A DNA stretch of 64,000 bases from an uncultured Planctomycetota bacterium (GTDB lineage Bacteria; Planctomycetota; Planctomycetia; Gemmatales; Gemmataceae): the NCBI GenBank assembly GCA_963849325.1, contig CAWKHF010000007.1, positions 384,001 through 448,000 on the forward strand, in the 5' to 3' direction. The notes beneath the pieces were generated by a model. That model did not search any database. It was given only the letters and a program-made list of their open reading frames with translations, and was not told where the DNA came from. Made by a program: the position numbers and the translations under genes. Positions 62,442 to 64,000 of the stretch are shown piece by piece (the stretch's first letter is position 1; every line of letters begins with the position of its first letter).

Positions 62442-64000
62442 ATGCAAGAGGCAATCTGGAAATCCCTCACGTCCCGGAAGGTAGTCCTGGGTTCCTCCAT
62501 CGCGCTCGTCCTGGCCGTCGTCGGCCTGTGGCTGGCCGACCCCGACGCTTTCCCGATCAAAGGCCCGGTCACGCAGGCGGAGCCGCCCAGTCCGGCGGCC
62601 GACGCCGGGCCGCCGCCATCCGAGGCCGTACGCCTCGCCCACTTGCAGCGCTCCCTCGATAACGACCGCAAGTACCTCGCCAGCCTCAACGCCCAGTTCA
62701 ACGACCCCGACAACGAATTCCATAAGGCCGAAAAACGGTTCCAGAAGGTCGATGCGGAGCTGGAGCAAGCGAAGCAGACGATCCAGCAACTCCGCAACGC
62801 GAACAAGATGGGCGAACTCACGGCTCGACAGGCTTCCTTCGCGGACCTCGCCGCGCTGGCAACAGAACCGCGATCGCTTCGACCTGGCCATCAAGGAACA
62901 CAAGGACCTCGAAGCGAGCATCGCCGCCCTGACGCGCAAGATCCAGGAGGACCAGCAAGAACTGGATCGACTCTCCGGCACCGGAGCGCTCGTTGCCCAA
63001 TCGCCCTCGGCCCCTTCCGCCGTCGGCAAGGGGGCCGCTTCAACCGCCCCGGCGGCGGCCGCTCCTCCGAAGTCGGCGCAAACGACCGCCATTGCCCCAT
63101 CGCTGCTGTCGCTGCCGGAGTCGCCGCTCGCCCTCGCTTCCTCGGCTGCGACGTCGGCCGCCCCCGCCGCGGGCAATGTCTCCCGCGAAGTCGAGCGGGC
63201 GCAGGAAGAGGCCAAGGCCAAGGAGGAAGAGGCGAAAAGAGCCGAGAACAAGGCGCAATCGCTCAGCCAGCGCATGAACGCCTTGCGCGACAACATCAGT
63301 CTGGCGAAGAAACTGCTGGAAACCGCGCGGCAGCGGGCCGACCACGAGCAGCAGACCAAGAACGCCCTGGACGCCGAGCTGCAACGGAAGGCCGCCGCCC
63401 ACGCGGCGGAGGCGGAGCTGAAGGACGTCTCGCGCCGCATCGACGCCGCCCAGCGGCGCTTTCAGGAAGCGCTGGCCGAGGTGCGCTCGACCACGGACCA
63501 CCTGCACGAATTGCAGAGCGAGCTGAACAACCTGCAAGCCGAGCAGATCGCCGCCTTGCACGAGGCCGACGCCAAGAAGCAGGCCGCCGACGCGGCCGAG
63601 GACAAGATCGCCCAGCTGCAAAACCCCTTCCGTCCGCGCAATATCGTGCATTGGCTGCTGCATCACGGCCCGCGCCTGGCCCTGATCGCCGTCGCCATGC
63701 TGGTCTTCGCGCGGCTGGCGCGCGTCCTCAGTCGCCGCGTGGTCCGCCTCATGGCCCAGTCCGGCACGGCCAAGCGCGGCAGCCATCAGGACCGTGAGAA
63801 CCGGGCGACAACCCTGGTCGGCGTCTTCAGCAGTGTGCTGTCGCTGCTCGCCCTCGGCGGCGGCTCGCTCATGATCCTCGATGAAGTCGGCATCCCGATC
63901 GTGCCCCTCATGGGCGGCGCCGCCGTGCTCGGCCTGGCCGTCGCCTTCGGCGCCCAGAACCTCATCAAGGACTACTTCTCCGGCTTCATGGTGCTCCTGG
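62442..64000 (+). CDS. mscS: MscS-family mechanosensitive channel with long N-terminal coiled coil (3' end outside window); frameshift near 62850
   Basis: N-terminal TM, heptad-rich region, then RATTLVGVF...PLMGGAAVLGLAVAFGAQNLIKDYFSG. Confidence 0.8.

Noticed and set aside
1-64000. tRNA, rRNA, integrase or transposase genes
   Set aside because: None recognised; short structured RNAs in the 26.8-27.2 kb and 30.0-30.6 kb intergenic regions cannot be excluded without an Rfam/Infernal search

Overview
High-GC bacterial DNA, most likely Planctomycetota (Gemmataceae-like). That placement is inferred from a BBP7-type beta-barrel, membrane-anchored extended ECF sigma factors and the style of palindromic repeats. 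Many genes are split by single-base indels, probably long-read assembly errors, so genes were reconstructed by joining frames. Contents in order: (1) 1-19.4 kb, a PUFA-synthase-like pfaD-pfaA-pfaBC cluster translationally coupled to oleABCD (long-chain polyunsaturated hydrocarbon synthesis); (2) 19.4-25.1 kb, a sugar epimerase, a small uncharacterised two-gene module, a GT4, an aminotransferase and an ornithine cyclodeaminase-family gene; (3) 25.1-52.6 kb, a BBP7 barrel, a PEP-CTERM protein, Wza, exosortase, Wzc, EpsI and a Wzx/Wzy exopolysaccharide cluster with a four-gene tailoring cassette; (4) 52.6-64 kb, SodC, an S9 peptidase, DUF488, hicBA, two tandem ECF sigma factor-efflux adaptor fusions, a GH13 and a partial MscS-family channel. 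Most interesting observations: six REP-like palindromes from five sequence families lying in inter-domain linkers of the Pfa megasynthases; a REP half-site supplying a P(L/F)AA-stop C-terminus to several EPS genes; the duplicated sigma-TM-MFP fusions; a leaderless ParB-like/DUF1040-like gene pair; a Wzc with no tyrosine cluster; and a SodC with a possibly relocated disulfide.
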